Source of the DNA: Chthonomonadales bacterium
Lineage (GTDB): Bacteria; Armatimonadota; Chthonomonadetes; Chthonomonadales; CAJBBX01
DNA length: 64,000 bases
Assembly (NCBI GenBank): GCA_049967475.1
Contig: JBMFSQ010000002.1
Coordinates: 224,001-288,000 of the forward strand
Direction: 5' to 3'
A model generated the notes under the pieces. The model searched no databases and was not told where the DNA came from. It was given only the letters and a program-made list of their open reading frames with translations. The translations under genes were made by a program, and so were the position numbers. Positions 1 to 9,348 of the stretch are shown here, in pieces; position 1 is the stretch's first letter, and each line of letters starts with the position of its first letter.

Positions 1-1785
1 CTCCGTCCCGGTGCGCCGAGAGTACGACGCCACCTCAGGAGTGGATCGGAGGATTGCCTCAACCTTGCGCAAGAGGCGGTCGCTTTCAGCCAGCGAAGTA
101 CCAGGCGGCGTCCAGTAATCCAGGATGAAGGCCCCTTCGTCCATCGTAGGCATGAAGCCGGTGCCGAGCCGCGCCGCCAGCAGAACGATGAGCGCCACGA
201 TGACCGCTACCGAGGCAGGAAGGATCCATCGGCGCCTCAGTCCCGCCCGCAGCACGCGCTCGTAGGCACGGATCAGCCGCTCGAAGAGGCGGCCGTGCTC
301 GGGCGCCCCAGGGCGCGTACGCAGGAATGCTGCACAAAGGCTCGGGCTTAAGAGGAGGGCGAGGGCGAGAGACACCATGAGAGCCAGCGCGAGGGTAACG
401 GCCAGAGCGGTAAAGAAAGCCCCTGCAACTCCGGAAAGGAGCACAAGGGGCAGGAAGACTACGACGGTGGTGAGGGTAGACGAGATCATCGGAGCGGCAA
501 TCTCGGCAGATGCGGCGGCTACAGCCCTGCTCCGTACTTCGCCTTGAGAGAGGTGCCGGAACACATTCTCCACCACCACGATGGCGTCGTCAATCACAAG
601 CCCTATGCCCACAGCGAGGGCGCCCAGCGTCATCAGATTGAGCGTGATGCCGGCCATGCGCATCAGCAGGAACGTAATGAAAAGTGTCACGGGTATGATG
701 GAGGCAGTCACCACCGTGGCCCGCAAATCCCCCAGGAAAGCCAACAGCACAAACACAGCCAGCCCCGCGCCGATGAGCACGGCGTCTCGGACGCTGCCTA
801 CAGCCTCACGTACTAGATGGCTTTGATCGTACCAAACGCCCACTTCCGTCCCTGCCGGCAATCCGGGCTTGAGAGCGGCAATCTCCTTCCGTACGGCTTC
901 CGCCACACTCACCGTGTTTGCATTCGGCTGGCGCACGATGTTGATGAGCACGGAGTCCGCGCCATCTGCCGTCACCATGGTGGTCCGGTCCTCCAGCGAA
1001 GAGTGGATGGCAGCGATTTGCCCCAAACTCACTGGGATGCCGTTGCGCTGTGCCACCACAATCGGCGCAAGCTGATCAGGGCTCGTAGCCTCGCCGGACA
1101 CAATCACTTGATATTGCTGGTACCTGTGATCCACGCGTCCGACAGCCCGTACGATGTTGGACTGGCTCAGAGCCTGCACCACGTCCAGGATCGAGAGATG
1201 ATAGGCCGCAAGGCGATCCGGCCTCACGTCCACGGCGATTTCGGGGATGCGTCCGCCCTGCACTACCGCGCGGGCGACACCTGGAACGCGCGCCAATCGG
1301 GGCTTCAGCTTATAGAAGGCCAATGTCCACAGCTCATCGGGCGTAAGGCCCGGGCACTTCACCGAGAGGCCCAGGATCGGAAACACGGTGGGGTTCATCC
1401 GTTCCACGCTTATGGAAGCATCCTGCGGGAGTTGAGGGCGTACCTCATTGATGCGGGTGCTCACGAGCTGCTGCGCCGAGAGCATGTCTGTGCCCCACTC
1501 GAAGTCTACGGAAATCTCGGTGCTGCCTCGCTGGGTCTTGGACCGCACTCTCGTGACCCCCGGTACCATGGCGATAGCCTCTTCCAGCGGGCGTACAATG
1601 GAAGCCTCCATCATCCGCACGGGCGTTTCACCGGCCTCGGCGATCACCACCACACGCGGGAACGTAACATCCGGAAGGATGGACACGGGGAAGGACCCCA
1701 GCACAAAGGCGCCTAGGACGCAGAGTACCGCTGTGGAGAAGATGATGGCGGTGATATGGCGCGTGGCGAAGCGTGCAAGGCTCAT
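1..1785 (-). CDS. RND efflux permease (AcrB/CusA family), N-terminal 595 codons; continues past the window edge
   Basis: Not in the ORF track because it is open at the edge. Manual translation from ATG 1785: MSLARFATRHITAIIFSTAVLCVLGAFVLGSFPVSILPDVTFPRVVV... It contains the RND TM4 motif LGALAVGIGLVIDDAIVVVENV and GFMPTMDEG, and lies directly downstream of an adaptor gene. Confidence 0.95.
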   Translation of the reverse strand, partial: MSLARFATRHITAIIFSTAVLCVLGAFVLGSFPVSILPDVTFPRVVVIAEAGETPVRMMEASIVRPLEEAIAMVPGVTRVRSKTQRGSTEISVDFEWGTDMLSAQQLVSTRINEVRPQLPQDASISVERMNPTVFPILGLSVKCPGLTPDELWTLAFYKLKPRLARVPGVARAVVQGGRIPEIAVDVRPDRLAAYHLSILDVVQALSQSNIVRAVGRVDHRYQQYQVIVSGEATSPDQLAPIVVAQRNGIPVSLGQIAAIHSSLEDRTTMVTADGADSVLINIVRQPNANTVSVAEAVRKEIAALKPGLPAGTEVGVWYDQSHLVREAVGSVRDAVLIGAGLAVFVLLAFLGDLRATVVTASIIPVTLFITFLLMRMAGITLNLMTLGALAVGIGLVIDDAIVVVENVFRHLSQGEVRSRAVAAASAEIAAPMISSTLTTVVVFLPLVLLSGVAGAFFTALAVTLALALMVSLALALLLSPSLCAAFLRTRPGAPEHGRLFERLIRAYERVLRAGLRRRWILPASVAVIVALIVLLAARLGTGFMPTMDEGAFILDYWTPPGTSLAESDRLLRKVEAILRSTPEVASYSRRTGTE

Positions 1786-1831
1786 TTGGCCGGAATGCCC
1801 GCGAGGTTTTTTACAGCGCCCGGAATGCTTC

Positions 1832-3418
1832 TCATTGCGCCGGCCCCGTTCCTTTGGAAGACACCACCTTGGCGCCATCCGCGAGTTCATACTGGCCCAC
1901 GGTGATCACTTTGTCGCCGGGCGTCACTCCGGACACCTCGATCCAGTCTCCGTTGCGCGCACCTACGGACACGGGTCTTACGTGGGCCGTTCCATCGGGC
2001 GCCACCACAAAGACGACATCTCTTCCACCGCGCTGGATTACCGCCCGTGCAGGAACGACCAAGGCTGCGCGGTGCACTTCCGTAACGACGTCGGCGGTAG
2101 CGAATGCCCCGGCACGCCAATTGCCGTCTGGATGCTCCAGGGTGATGCGTACCGCAAGCAGGTTCGTCTGCGGATCAACCTGGCCTACGGAGATCACGCG
2201 GCCCACAGCGGTCTTCGGCGTGTCGCCCGGCGCGTGGACGCGGGCGAGCATGCCCACTCGAAGCTTCGAGGCAGCATCCGGTGATGCGGAACAGACTAGG
2301 TCCAGGGAGCGCCGGGCCATCACTTCCAGCACTGGCGTGTTGGGATCGGCCATGTCGCCAGGGTTCAGGAAGCGGCGCGTGACAATTCCCGACACCGGTG
2401 ATGTGAGGCGAGCGTACCCTGCCGATGCCCCTGCTGCAGCCAGATCCGCCTGTTTCTGCATCACCAACGCCTGGAACGCTCGGGCATCGGCCTCCTTCAC
2501 AGCCACTTGGGCAGCACCTTGTTGGGCCTGTTGAAGGGCTGCCTCGGCCTGAGCCACGTGGGCGTCGCCGGCAGCCCGCGCTTGCGCCAAGGCTTCTCGA
2601 GCAGATTGGACCCTCAGCTCAGCAGCCTGGATGTCTTCAGGGCGGTTGCCGGCCTTGAGCAGAGCCTCCTGCTGGCGGGCACTCTCCAGGGCAGCTTGCG
2701 CCACACGCAATGCGGTATCCGCATCCTCCATTTGCCGCCGCGAGTCGATGCCTTTGGCATACAAGTTTTTCGTGCGCCTCGCTTCCTGGGCTGCGCGGTC
2801 GCGGTTCGCCTCCGCCTGAAGCACGGCCTGTTCTGCCTGGGCAATCTCTTGCGGTCGCGCTCCGGACTTGAGTTTGCGCAGATCGGCTTCGGCGGCATCC
2901 AGAGCGATGCGGGCCTGCTGTATGCCGGCGTCGCGGTCCAACTTGGCGGCTTTCAGGGCGATCTTGGCGGCCTCTACGGCGGTAGCGTGGTCGGCCGCGG
3001 CTGCCCTGGCGGCCAAAGATGCCTCCTGAGCCTGGCGCTCCGCAGCAGCAAGCGCAGCAGAAGCACTCCGTGATTGCGCGGCAAGGGTCCGGCTCTCCAG
3101 TTCGGCCAATACCTGCCCGGCGGCCACCCGATCCCCTTCCCGGACGAATACGGCCTTGACGCGCCCGGCAAATGGAGGAGCAACCCGCGCACTGGCTCCT
3201 TGGGACGGAACGAGCGTTCCCGGGCAAGGCACCAGGACTTCAATGGTGCGCCGTTGCACCGTGGACGTGTCCACTACCACAGGTGCTCCGCTGTTCGCTC
3301 CAGCCGAACTCTCTGGGGCCGCAGCTCCGCGGCCGCATCCCCAGAGCAGGGCCCCGGTCAAACCCCCGCACGCCAACAGGATAATCCCTCTCATCGTTCC
3401 TGCCGAAAGCTCACGCAT
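1832..3418 (-). CDS. RND periplasmic adaptor (membrane fusion protein), probable lipoprotein with an extended coiled coil
   Basis: Lipobox-like LLWG-C; lipoyl half-motifs (APPFAGRVKAVFVREGDRVAAGQVL; LTSPVSGIVTRRFLNPGD); long Ala/Gln helical segment; C-terminal VSVG...GVTPGDKVIT. ATG at 3418 follows a GGAAAGG-type RBS. Confidence 0.93.
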   Translation of the reverse strand: MRELSAGTMRGIILLACGGLTGALLWGCGRGAAAPESSAGANSGAPVVVDTSTVQRRTIEVLVPCPGTLVPSQGASARVAPPFAGRVKAVFVREGDRVAAGQVLAELESRTLAAQSRSASAALAAAERQAQEASLAARAAAADHATAVEAAKIALKAAKLDRDAGIQQARIALDAAEADLRKLKSGARPQEIAQAEQAVLQAEANRDRAAQEARRTKNLYAKGIDSRRQMEDADTALRVAQAALESARQQEALLKAGNRPEDIQAAELRVQSAREALAQARAAGDAHVAQAEAALQQAQQGAAQVAVKEADARAFQALVMQKQADLAAAGASAGYARLTSPVSGIVTRRFLNPGDMADPNTPVLEVMARRSLDLVCSASPDAASKLRVGMLARVHAPGDTPKTAVGRVISVGQVDPQTNLLAVRITLEHPDGNWRAGAFATADVVTEVHRAALVVPARAVIQRGGRDVVFVVAPDGTAHVRPVSVGARNGDWIEVSGVTPGDKVITVGQYELADGAKVVSSKGTGPAQ

Positions 3419-3544
3419 CAACCCTTACCTTTCCACAGGGTTAGTGTATCGCGGCTCGTCGTCCAACTGCCTTTCCGTATGCTTAGAGCTTCATTAGAGG
3501 CTCTGGAAACAGGCATGCAAGATGTCCCGCGCGTGTGCGCCCGG

Positions 3545-3582
3545 TGTGATCACAATCACAGTTGCATGTGACGCCCGTCACA
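3545..3582. promoter_or_regulatory. Two tandem CRP/FNR-family boxes, TGTGA-N6-TCACA (3545-3560 and 3567-3582)
   Basis: TGTGAtcacaaTCACA and TGTGAcgcccgTCACA both match the CRP core consensus exactly. Their centres are 22 bp apart, upstream of a TATACT -10 element at 3605-3610. Confidence 0.75.
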
Positions 3583-3678
3583 GATGGACCCCGCCCCCCG
3601 CAGTTATACTCGTGCCGTCATTGATCCAATCGGCCAGTACCCATGAGCCAAACGGTTTCAGACAAAAAGGAGACGCAA

Positions 3679-5625
3679 ATGAAAACTCGAACCGCGCAGT
3701 CCAGCAAGTGCTCCCCATCCATCGCTACCCCTTGCTCCGGCGAGGGCTACCGGGCGGCCGAACTGGCAGCAGCAGGCCATTGCCCGGCTTCCTTCACTTC
3801 CCGCATGGGCGCTGTTCTCCGAAGCGCCATCACGTGGAGATTGGCTCCCGCGGCGCTCATTGCGGCTTCCCTGTTCCTGGGCGGGTCCCACATCGCCCGG
3901 GCCGACGCGTTGACCCAAAAATCCGATCGAGTCGTCGCCGCCAAGGCAGCAGCCCACGGCCGTGTAGCCGTCATCGTTACCGTGGACGGCAACCTTACAG
4001 CCACCCGCGAGCATCAGCTTCAGGCGCTGGGTTGTGACGTGTACCGCCACCTCCCGCTGGTACATGCAGCCGCTGTACAGGTACCTGCAAAGAACCTCCG
4101 CGACCTCGCGTCACTGCCCTTTGTGCGGCATCTGGCATCCGATGCTACCCTCAAAAAGTGCGACGAGTTTACCGTGGAGCACACCGGAGCCGATATCGCC
4201 TTCCGAGAGATGGGCCTCACGGGCAAAGGCGTAACAGTCGCGGTGCTGGATAGCGGCATCCATGCTTCCAACGACGACTTGGCCGACGCTGCTACCGGAC
4301 GTTCCCGCGTGATTGCCAAAACAAGCTTCATCACGGGTGAGAACGCCAACGACAAGTGTGGTCACGGCACGCACGTCGCCGGCATCATCGCGGGCAACGG
4401 CGCCAACTCGACGGGACCTCAGTTCTTCCGCACCTTTTACGGTATCGCCCGCGAGGCCAATCTCGTAAACGTACGGGTATTGGACGAGAAGGGCCAGAGC
4501 CAGGTCAGCACCGTAATTGCCGGCCTCCAGTGGATCCTTGCCAATAAGGACCGATACAACATCCGCGTTCTCAACTTCTCCCTGGGCCACCTGCCCCTGG
4601 AGAGCTACACCGTGGATCCCCTTTGCCAGGCCATGGAAGCTGCATGGAAAGCAGGCATCGTAGTGGTGTGCGCTGCCGGCAACGCGGGCCGCTACAACGA
4701 CACCGCCAAGCCCGGCCTCTCCAACGAAGGATACGGAACCGCCTACTTCTCCATCCTTTCCCCCGGCAACGACCCCTACGTCATTACCGTAGGCGCTATG
4801 AAGACCGTGGATGGCGTTCGCAGCCACGACACCATCGCCACCTACTCCAGCCGCGGCCCATCCTTCGGCGACTTCATCCTCAAGCCCGACCTGGTGGCTC
4901 CCGGCAATCGTGTGATCTCGCTTGCCGTGCACAATGCGTACCTCGAAAAGACATACGCCGCCACAAACTCGGTACCGCTGAGCGCCTATGCCTACACCAA
5001 ATCCGCCAAGGATAGCAAGGCCTACTTCACCCTCTCGGGAACCTCTATGGCCACACCCGTGGTGTCGGGCGCTGTGGCGCTCATGCTTCAGAAGGATCCC
5101 ACCCTCACGCCGGACACGGTGAAGGCGCGCCTGATGATCTCCGCGGACAAGTGGGCCTTCCCCAACGGGCAGCCCGATCCCGCAACCTTCGGAGCCGGCT
5201 ACCTGAATATCCCAGCCGCCCTCGCCTCCACCGTGGTCGCCACCCAGCCTGCCCGCAGCCCTAAGGTTACGGCCGACGCTCAGGGCAATGTGACCATCGT
5301 GATGGACAACGCCATTTGGGGCGAGAACGCCATCTGGGGTACCGGCATTACCAAACTCAATGCCATCTGGGGTGAAAACGCCATCTGGGGTGAAAACGCC
5401 ATCTGGGGCGTGAATGCCATCTGGGGCGAGAACGCTATCTGGGGCGAGAACGCTATCTGGGGCGAGAACGCTATCTGGGGCGAGAATGCCATCTGGGGTG
5501 AGAACGCTATCTGGGGTGAGAATGCCATCTGGGGCGAGAATGCTATCTGGGGTGAGAACGCTATCTGGGGTGAGAACGCCGTTGTGGCCGACATCTGCCA
5601 GACCGCCATCGCCGGAGAAAAGTAG
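3679..5625 (+). CDS. Secreted S8 (subtilisin/AprX-like) serine peptidase with propeptide and C-terminal (ENAIWG)n repeat tail
   Basis: Catalytic motifs VAVLDSG (Asp), HGTHVAG (His), AAGN (oxyanion Asn) and SGTSMATP (Ser). Signal-like segment ...LIAASLFLGGSHIARA|DA. AAGGAG RBS precedes ATG 3679; alternative starts at 3643 and 3805. Confidence 0.95.
   Translation: MKTRTAQSSKCSPSIATPCSGEGYRAAELAAAGHCPASFTSRMGAVLRSAITWRLAPAALIAASLFLGGSHIARADALTQKSDRVVAAKAAAHGRVAVIVTVDGNLTATREHQLQALGCDVYRHLPLVHAAAVQVPAKNLRDLASLPFVRHLASDATLKKCDEFTVEHTGADIAFREMGLTGKGVTVAVLDSGIHASNDDLADAATGRSRVIAKTSFITGENANDKCGHGTHVAGIIAGNGANSTGPQFFRTFYGIAREANLVNVRVLDEKGQSQVSTVIAGLQWILANKDRYNIRVLNFSLGHLPLESYTVDPLCQAMEAAWKAGIVVVCAAGNAGRYNDTAKPGLSNEGYGTAYFSILSPGNDPYVITVGAMKTVDGVRSHDTIATYSSRGPSFGDFILKPDLVAPGNRVISLAVHNAYLEKTYAATNSVPLSAYAYTKSAKDSKAYFTLSGTSMATPVVSGAVALMLQKDPTLTPDTVKARLMISADKWAFPNGQPDPATFGAGYLNIPAALASTVVATQPARSPKVTADAQGNVTIVMDNAIWGENAIWGTGITKLNAIWGENAIWGENAIWGVNAIWGENAIWGENAIWGENAIWGENAIWGENAIWGENAIWGENAIWGENAIWGENAVVADICQTAIAGEK
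5308..5580 (+). repeat. Intragenic 18-bp tandem repeat AAY GCY ATC TGG GGY GAR (NAIWGE): 12 contiguous units at 5359-5574 plus 2 upstream NAIWG units
   Basis: Counted directly: 14 NAIWG units. Variation in the array is almost all at third codon positions, with one GAR->GTG (E->V). Confidence 0.97.
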
Positions 5626-5642
5626 CATCAGCCCAGGAACCG

Positions 5643-5682
5643 ACCCCCACTGCTCTGACTGGGGCAGTGGGGGTTTTCTTTT
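5643..5682 (+). terminator. Rho-independent terminator after the S8 peptidase
   Basis: Stem acccccactgctct / ggggcagtgggggt, 4-nt loop, then TTTCTTTT. Confidence 0.85.
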
Positions 5683-5695
5683 GCGCGTGCGGATC

Positions 5696-5724
5696 TTGAC
5701 GCAGCCCGGCCCACAGGCTACAAT
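5696..5724 (+). promoter_or_regulatory. Sigma70-type promoter for dnaE
   Basis: TTGACG (5696-5701), 17 bp, TACAAT (5719-5724). Confidence 0.7.
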
Positions 5725-5825
5725 GAGACGATCGTGCCGCCACAAGATATTGCGCCTTTGGCTATCTTCGCCCCTACATCTTGGCCAGAGGTATCGCAGC
5801 ACGACTTCAGGAAGAATCGCGTGCC

Positions 5826-8800
5826 ATGGCAGGACCCGCCTTCGTCCACTTGCATACACACTCCGAATTCTCACTGCTGGACGGCGCCGCTCGTCTGGAC
5901 GCGCTGGTGCAGCGCGCAGCCGATCTGGGGATGGACGCACTGGCCCTTACCGACCATGGGGCAATGTACGGCGCCCTCGATTTCTACGAGAAATGCCGCA
6001 AGAAGGGCATCAAGCCGATCATCGGCGTAGAGGCATACATAACCCCCGGGGATCTGCGCGAAAAGAAGGGCCGTACCGACAAAAACGCCTTCCACCTGTT
6101 GCTTTTGGCCGAAAACCTGGCCGGATACAAGAACCTCCTCAAGCTCACCACGATCGCAGCGCTGGAGGGCTTCTACTACAAGCCCCGCATAGATCATCGC
6201 GTGCTGGAAGAGCACAAAGAGGGCATCATCGTTACGAGTGCCTGCCTCAGCGGCGAGGTCTGTTCTGCTCTGCTGGGCGGCGATTACCAAAAGGCCCTCG
6301 CCATCGCCGGATCCTATCGCGACCTGCTGGGGCCCGACCATTATTACATCGAACTGCAGAACCATGGCCTGGATCGCCAGAAGCATTGCAATGACCAACT
6401 CCTCAAGATTGCCCGTGACCTGCGCCTGCGCGTCGTCTGCACCAACGATGTCCATTACCTGGAGAAGACCGACTCACAGGCCCATGACGTGCTCCTGTGC
6501 ATTGGGACGGGGGCTACGGTAGACGACCAGAACCGCCTCCGCTACGATGCCGACGAGTTCTTCATGAAATCCCCTCAGGAGATGGCCGCCCTCTTTCCCG
6601 ACTGCCCGGAAGCCCTGGAGCAGACCGCAGAGATCGCAGCCCGGTGCAATGTGGAACTGGAATTCGGGCGTGCACCCATGCCTGCCCCCGGAATACCCCA
6701 CGGACACACCGCCCAGAGCTACCTTCGGGAGCAGGCATTGCTGGGTCTGGAACGCAAGATCGGGAACCATCCGCACAAAGAACGATACAAGCAACGCCTG
6801 GATTACGAACTGGGCATCATCGAACAGACGGGTTTCGCCCCCTACTTCCTGATCGTGCGTGACTTCGCCGTATTTGCCCGTGAACAGGGTATCTTCTTTG
6901 GGGTCCGGGGTTCCGCCGCCGGCTCCCTCGCTTCATATTGCCTGGATATCACCGATATTGATCCTGTGGATTACGACCTCACCTTCGAGAGGTTCCTCAA
7001 CCCGGAACGCATCCAAATGCCGGACATTGACATGGACTTCGAGGACACGCGGAGGGATGAGGTCCTCCAGTATGTCACAAGAAAGTATGGTGAGGACCAC
7101 GTTGCCCAGATCATCACCTTCGGTACGTTGGCGGCCCGGGCGGCGATACGGGACGTAGGTCGCGCTCTCGGAATGGGTCTTCCGCAAGTGAACCGCATCG
7201 TGAGCCAGATCCCAACCCAACCCCTCCACGTCACAATCGGCGAGGCTTTGGAACGGAACCCCGAGTTGCGCCAGCTTTATGACCGCGATGCACAAGTACG
7301 CCGCCTGCTTGACACCGCAAGGCGCCTGGAGGGCATCTCGAGGCATTCGTCGGTGCATGCGGCCGGCGTAGTCATCTGCAATGAGCCTTTGGTGGAGTAC
7401 ACGCCCCTGCAGCGCACTGCGGATGGAGGGCTCGTTACGCAGTATCCTGCGGGCGCCTTGGAGCGCATCGGGCTGCTCAAGATGGATTTCCTCGGCCTCA
7501 TCAATCTCTCCATCTTGGCCCGGGCCCTCAAGAACATCGAACAGTCGCGCAACCTGCGCGTCCAGATCGAGCGCCTTCCGCTGGATGACGCTAAGACCTT
7601 CGAGATGCTGGGAGCCGGTGAAACCACGGGCATCTTTCAACTGGAGAGCATGGGCATGCGGCGGTGGATCACCGAGTTGAAGCCCACCAGTGTGCGCGAT
7701 CTGGCCGCCCTCGTGGCGCTGTACCGCCCCGGACCCATGGCGCACATTCCCACCTTCGTCCGCGCCAAGCACGGTCTGGAACGCATCCAGTATCCCCACG
7801 AACGCCTCAAGCCCATCCTTGAAGAGACCTACGGCGTCATCGTCTATCAAGACCAGGTGCTGCGCATCGCCCAAGCCATCGCCGGCTTCACGCTGGGCCA
7901 GGCCGACGTTCTGCGCAAGGCGATGGGAAAGAAGATCAAGGAAGAGATGGCCCGCCAGCGACAGCGCTTCATCGCAGGAGCTCAGGAGAACGGCATCAGT
8001 AGGCAAAAAGCATCCGAAATCTTCGACCTCATCGAACCCTTTGCCGGGTACGCATTCAACAAAGCCCACTCCGTATGCTACGCCATGCTGGCCTACCAAA
8101 CGGCCTATCTCAAGGCCAATTACCCTGTAGAGTACATGGCCGCCCTCCTCTCATGCTACATGAACAAAGCCGACAAGCTCGCGTCGTGCATGGCGGAGTG
8201 CAGCCGTATGCGCATCCCCATCCTCCCTCCCGACGTCAACCGATCCCGGGATGACTTCACTCCCCAAGGAGACGCCATCCTCTTTGGCCTCGAAGCTGTG
8301 AAGAATGTGGGGCGGGCGGCTGTCGAGGCCATTCTGGCTGCCCGAAGCGCTGGCGGGCCCTTCCGGTCCTTGCAGGATTTCTGCCGGCGCACGCTCCAGC
8401 ATGGCGCCGTTACGCGATCTACTATAGAGGCGCTGATCAAGTGCGGCGCCTTCCATTCCATTCACCCCAACCGCCGCGCCTTACTGGAACAGCTCGACGC
8501 AGCCCTACAAGCCGCTTCCTCGGCGGTTCGGGCTGAGCAGGAAGGTCAAGCTCAGCTTTTCGGCGCCGACCACGATGCGCACACATCCGACGCGACGGCA
8601 CCGCCCGTCGTACCCGAATTCCCCGAGCATGAGCTGCTTGCCCTCGAGAAGGACCTCCTAGGCACGTACCTTTCCGGGCACCCCCTCCGCCGCTGGCGCA
8701 CCCGCATCGAAGAAAAGGCGAATGCCTCGGTCGCGTCGCTTGCCGAACGCAAGGAACGCGACAAGGTGCTGGTGGGAGGCATCATAACCCGCGTGAAGGC

Positions 8801-9302
8801 CGGCGTGTCGAAAAAGACGCGCGAACCTATGGCCTTCCTCACGCTGGAAGATCTTACCGGTTCTGTGCCCGTAACGGTATTCCCATCGGCCTTCCGTGAA
8901 TTCGGCCGCTACGCTGCCCAGGATGCTGTAGTCCTTATCGAAGGAACCGTGTCCCGAAGAGAACGGGTGCGGGAGGACGAAGAGAGCGAAGGAGCTTTCG
9001 ATGTGGAGCTTCTGGCTGAGCGCATTCTGCCGTTGAATGGGCCCGGTAGCAACGGAAGCAACGGCAACGGCCAAAGGACTTCGAGTTCCCTGCACATCCG
9101 GCTGAACCAGAGCCACTGCCATCTCGTGCGCCTCGTGCGAAGCGCATTGGAGCAGTACCCCGGGACGGCTCCCGTGATCCTCCACATCGAAGCCGACGGC
9201 CGCGAACACCGCAAGCGAACGACATTGGCCGTGGATCCTTCCGAGCAAGTGAAGGATGCCGTGGCCCGCATTATCGGCCGAAGCGCCGTGTGGACCGAAT
9301 AG
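5826..9302 (+). CDS. dnaE: DNA polymerase III subunit alpha
   Basis: PHP motifs FVHLHTHSEFSLLDG, ALTDHG and TNDVHY; catalytic GRGS-type RGSAAGS and PDIDMDF; KMDFLGL; YAFNKAH; C-terminal OB fold. Start placed at ATG 5826. Confidence 0.98.
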   Translation: MAGPAFVHLHTHSEFSLLDGAARLDALVQRAADLGMDALALTDHGAMYGALDFYEKCRKKGIKPIIGVEAYITPGDLREKKGRTDKNAFHLLLLAENLAGYKNLLKLTTIAALEGFYYKPRIDHRVLEEHKEGIIVTSACLSGEVCSALLGGDYQKALAIAGSYRDLLGPDHYYIELQNHGLDRQKHCNDQLLKIARDLRLRVVCTNDVHYLEKTDSQAHDVLLCIGTGATVDDQNRLRYDADEFFMKSPQEMAALFPDCPEALEQTAEIAARCNVELEFGRAPMPAPGIPHGHTAQSYLREQALLGLERKIGNHPHKERYKQRLDYELGIIEQTGFAPYFLIVRDFAVFAREQGIFFGVRGSAAGSLASYCLDITDIDPVDYDLTFERFLNPERIQMPDIDMDFEDTRRDEVLQYVTRKYGEDHVAQIITFGTLAARAAIRDVGRALGMGLPQVNRIVSQIPTQPLHVTIGEALERNPELRQLYDRDAQVRRLLDTARRLEGISRHSSVHAAGVVICNEPLVEYTPLQRTADGGLVTQYPAGALERIGLLKMDFLGLINLSILARALKNIEQSRNLRVQIERLPLDDAKTFEMLGAGETTGIFQLESMGMRRWITELKPTSVRDLAALVALYRPGPMAHIPTFVRAKHGLERIQYPHERLKPILEETYGVIVYQDQVLRIAQAIAGFTLGQADVLRKAMGKKIKEEMARQRQRFIAGAQENGISRQKASEIFDLIEPFAGYAFNKAHSVCYAMLAYQTAYLKANYPVEYMAALLSCYMNKADKLASCMAECSRMRIPILPPDVNRSRDDFTPQGDAILFGLEAVKNVGRAAVEAILAARSAGGPFRSLQDFCRRTLQHGAVTRSTIEALIKCGAFHSIHPNRRALLEQLDAALQAASSAVRAEQEGQAQLFGADHDAHTSDATAPPVVPEFPEHELLALEKDLLGTYLSGHPLRRWRTRIEEKANASVASLAERKERDKVLVGGIITRVKAGVSKKTREPMAFLTLEDLTGSVPVTVFPSAFREFGRYAAQDAVVLIEGTVSRRERVREDEESEGAFDVELLAERILPLNGPGSNGSNGNGQRTSSSLHIRLNQSHCHLVRLVRSALEQYPGTAPVILHIEADGREHRKRTTLAVDPSEQVKDAVARIIGRSAVWTE

Positions 9303-9348
9303 GCCCGCTGCAGCGGGACACGTTGCCCCAAACGAGGCTCAAGATCCC

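Noticed and set aside
544..2534. Plus-strand ORFs (817-1716, 1448-2284, 1773-2534 and others)
   Set aside because: They are antisense to the RND permease and adaptor, which carry clear family motifs.
5308..5580. 18-bp repeat array as a CRISPR array or non-coding VNTR
   Set aside because: There are no spacers, the units are in frame within the peptidase with synonymous variation, and no cas genes are present.
4111..5940. 609-aa minus-strand ORF and the 5280-5609 (AFSPQI)n and 5414-6394 ORFs
   Set aside because: Antisense or alternate-frame shadows of the S8 gene and its repeat, as expected at high GC; no family motifs.
5826..9302. Intein or split in dnaE
   Set aside because: The length is normal (about 1158 aa), motifs are continuous, and I see no intein splice-junction or LAGLIDADG block.
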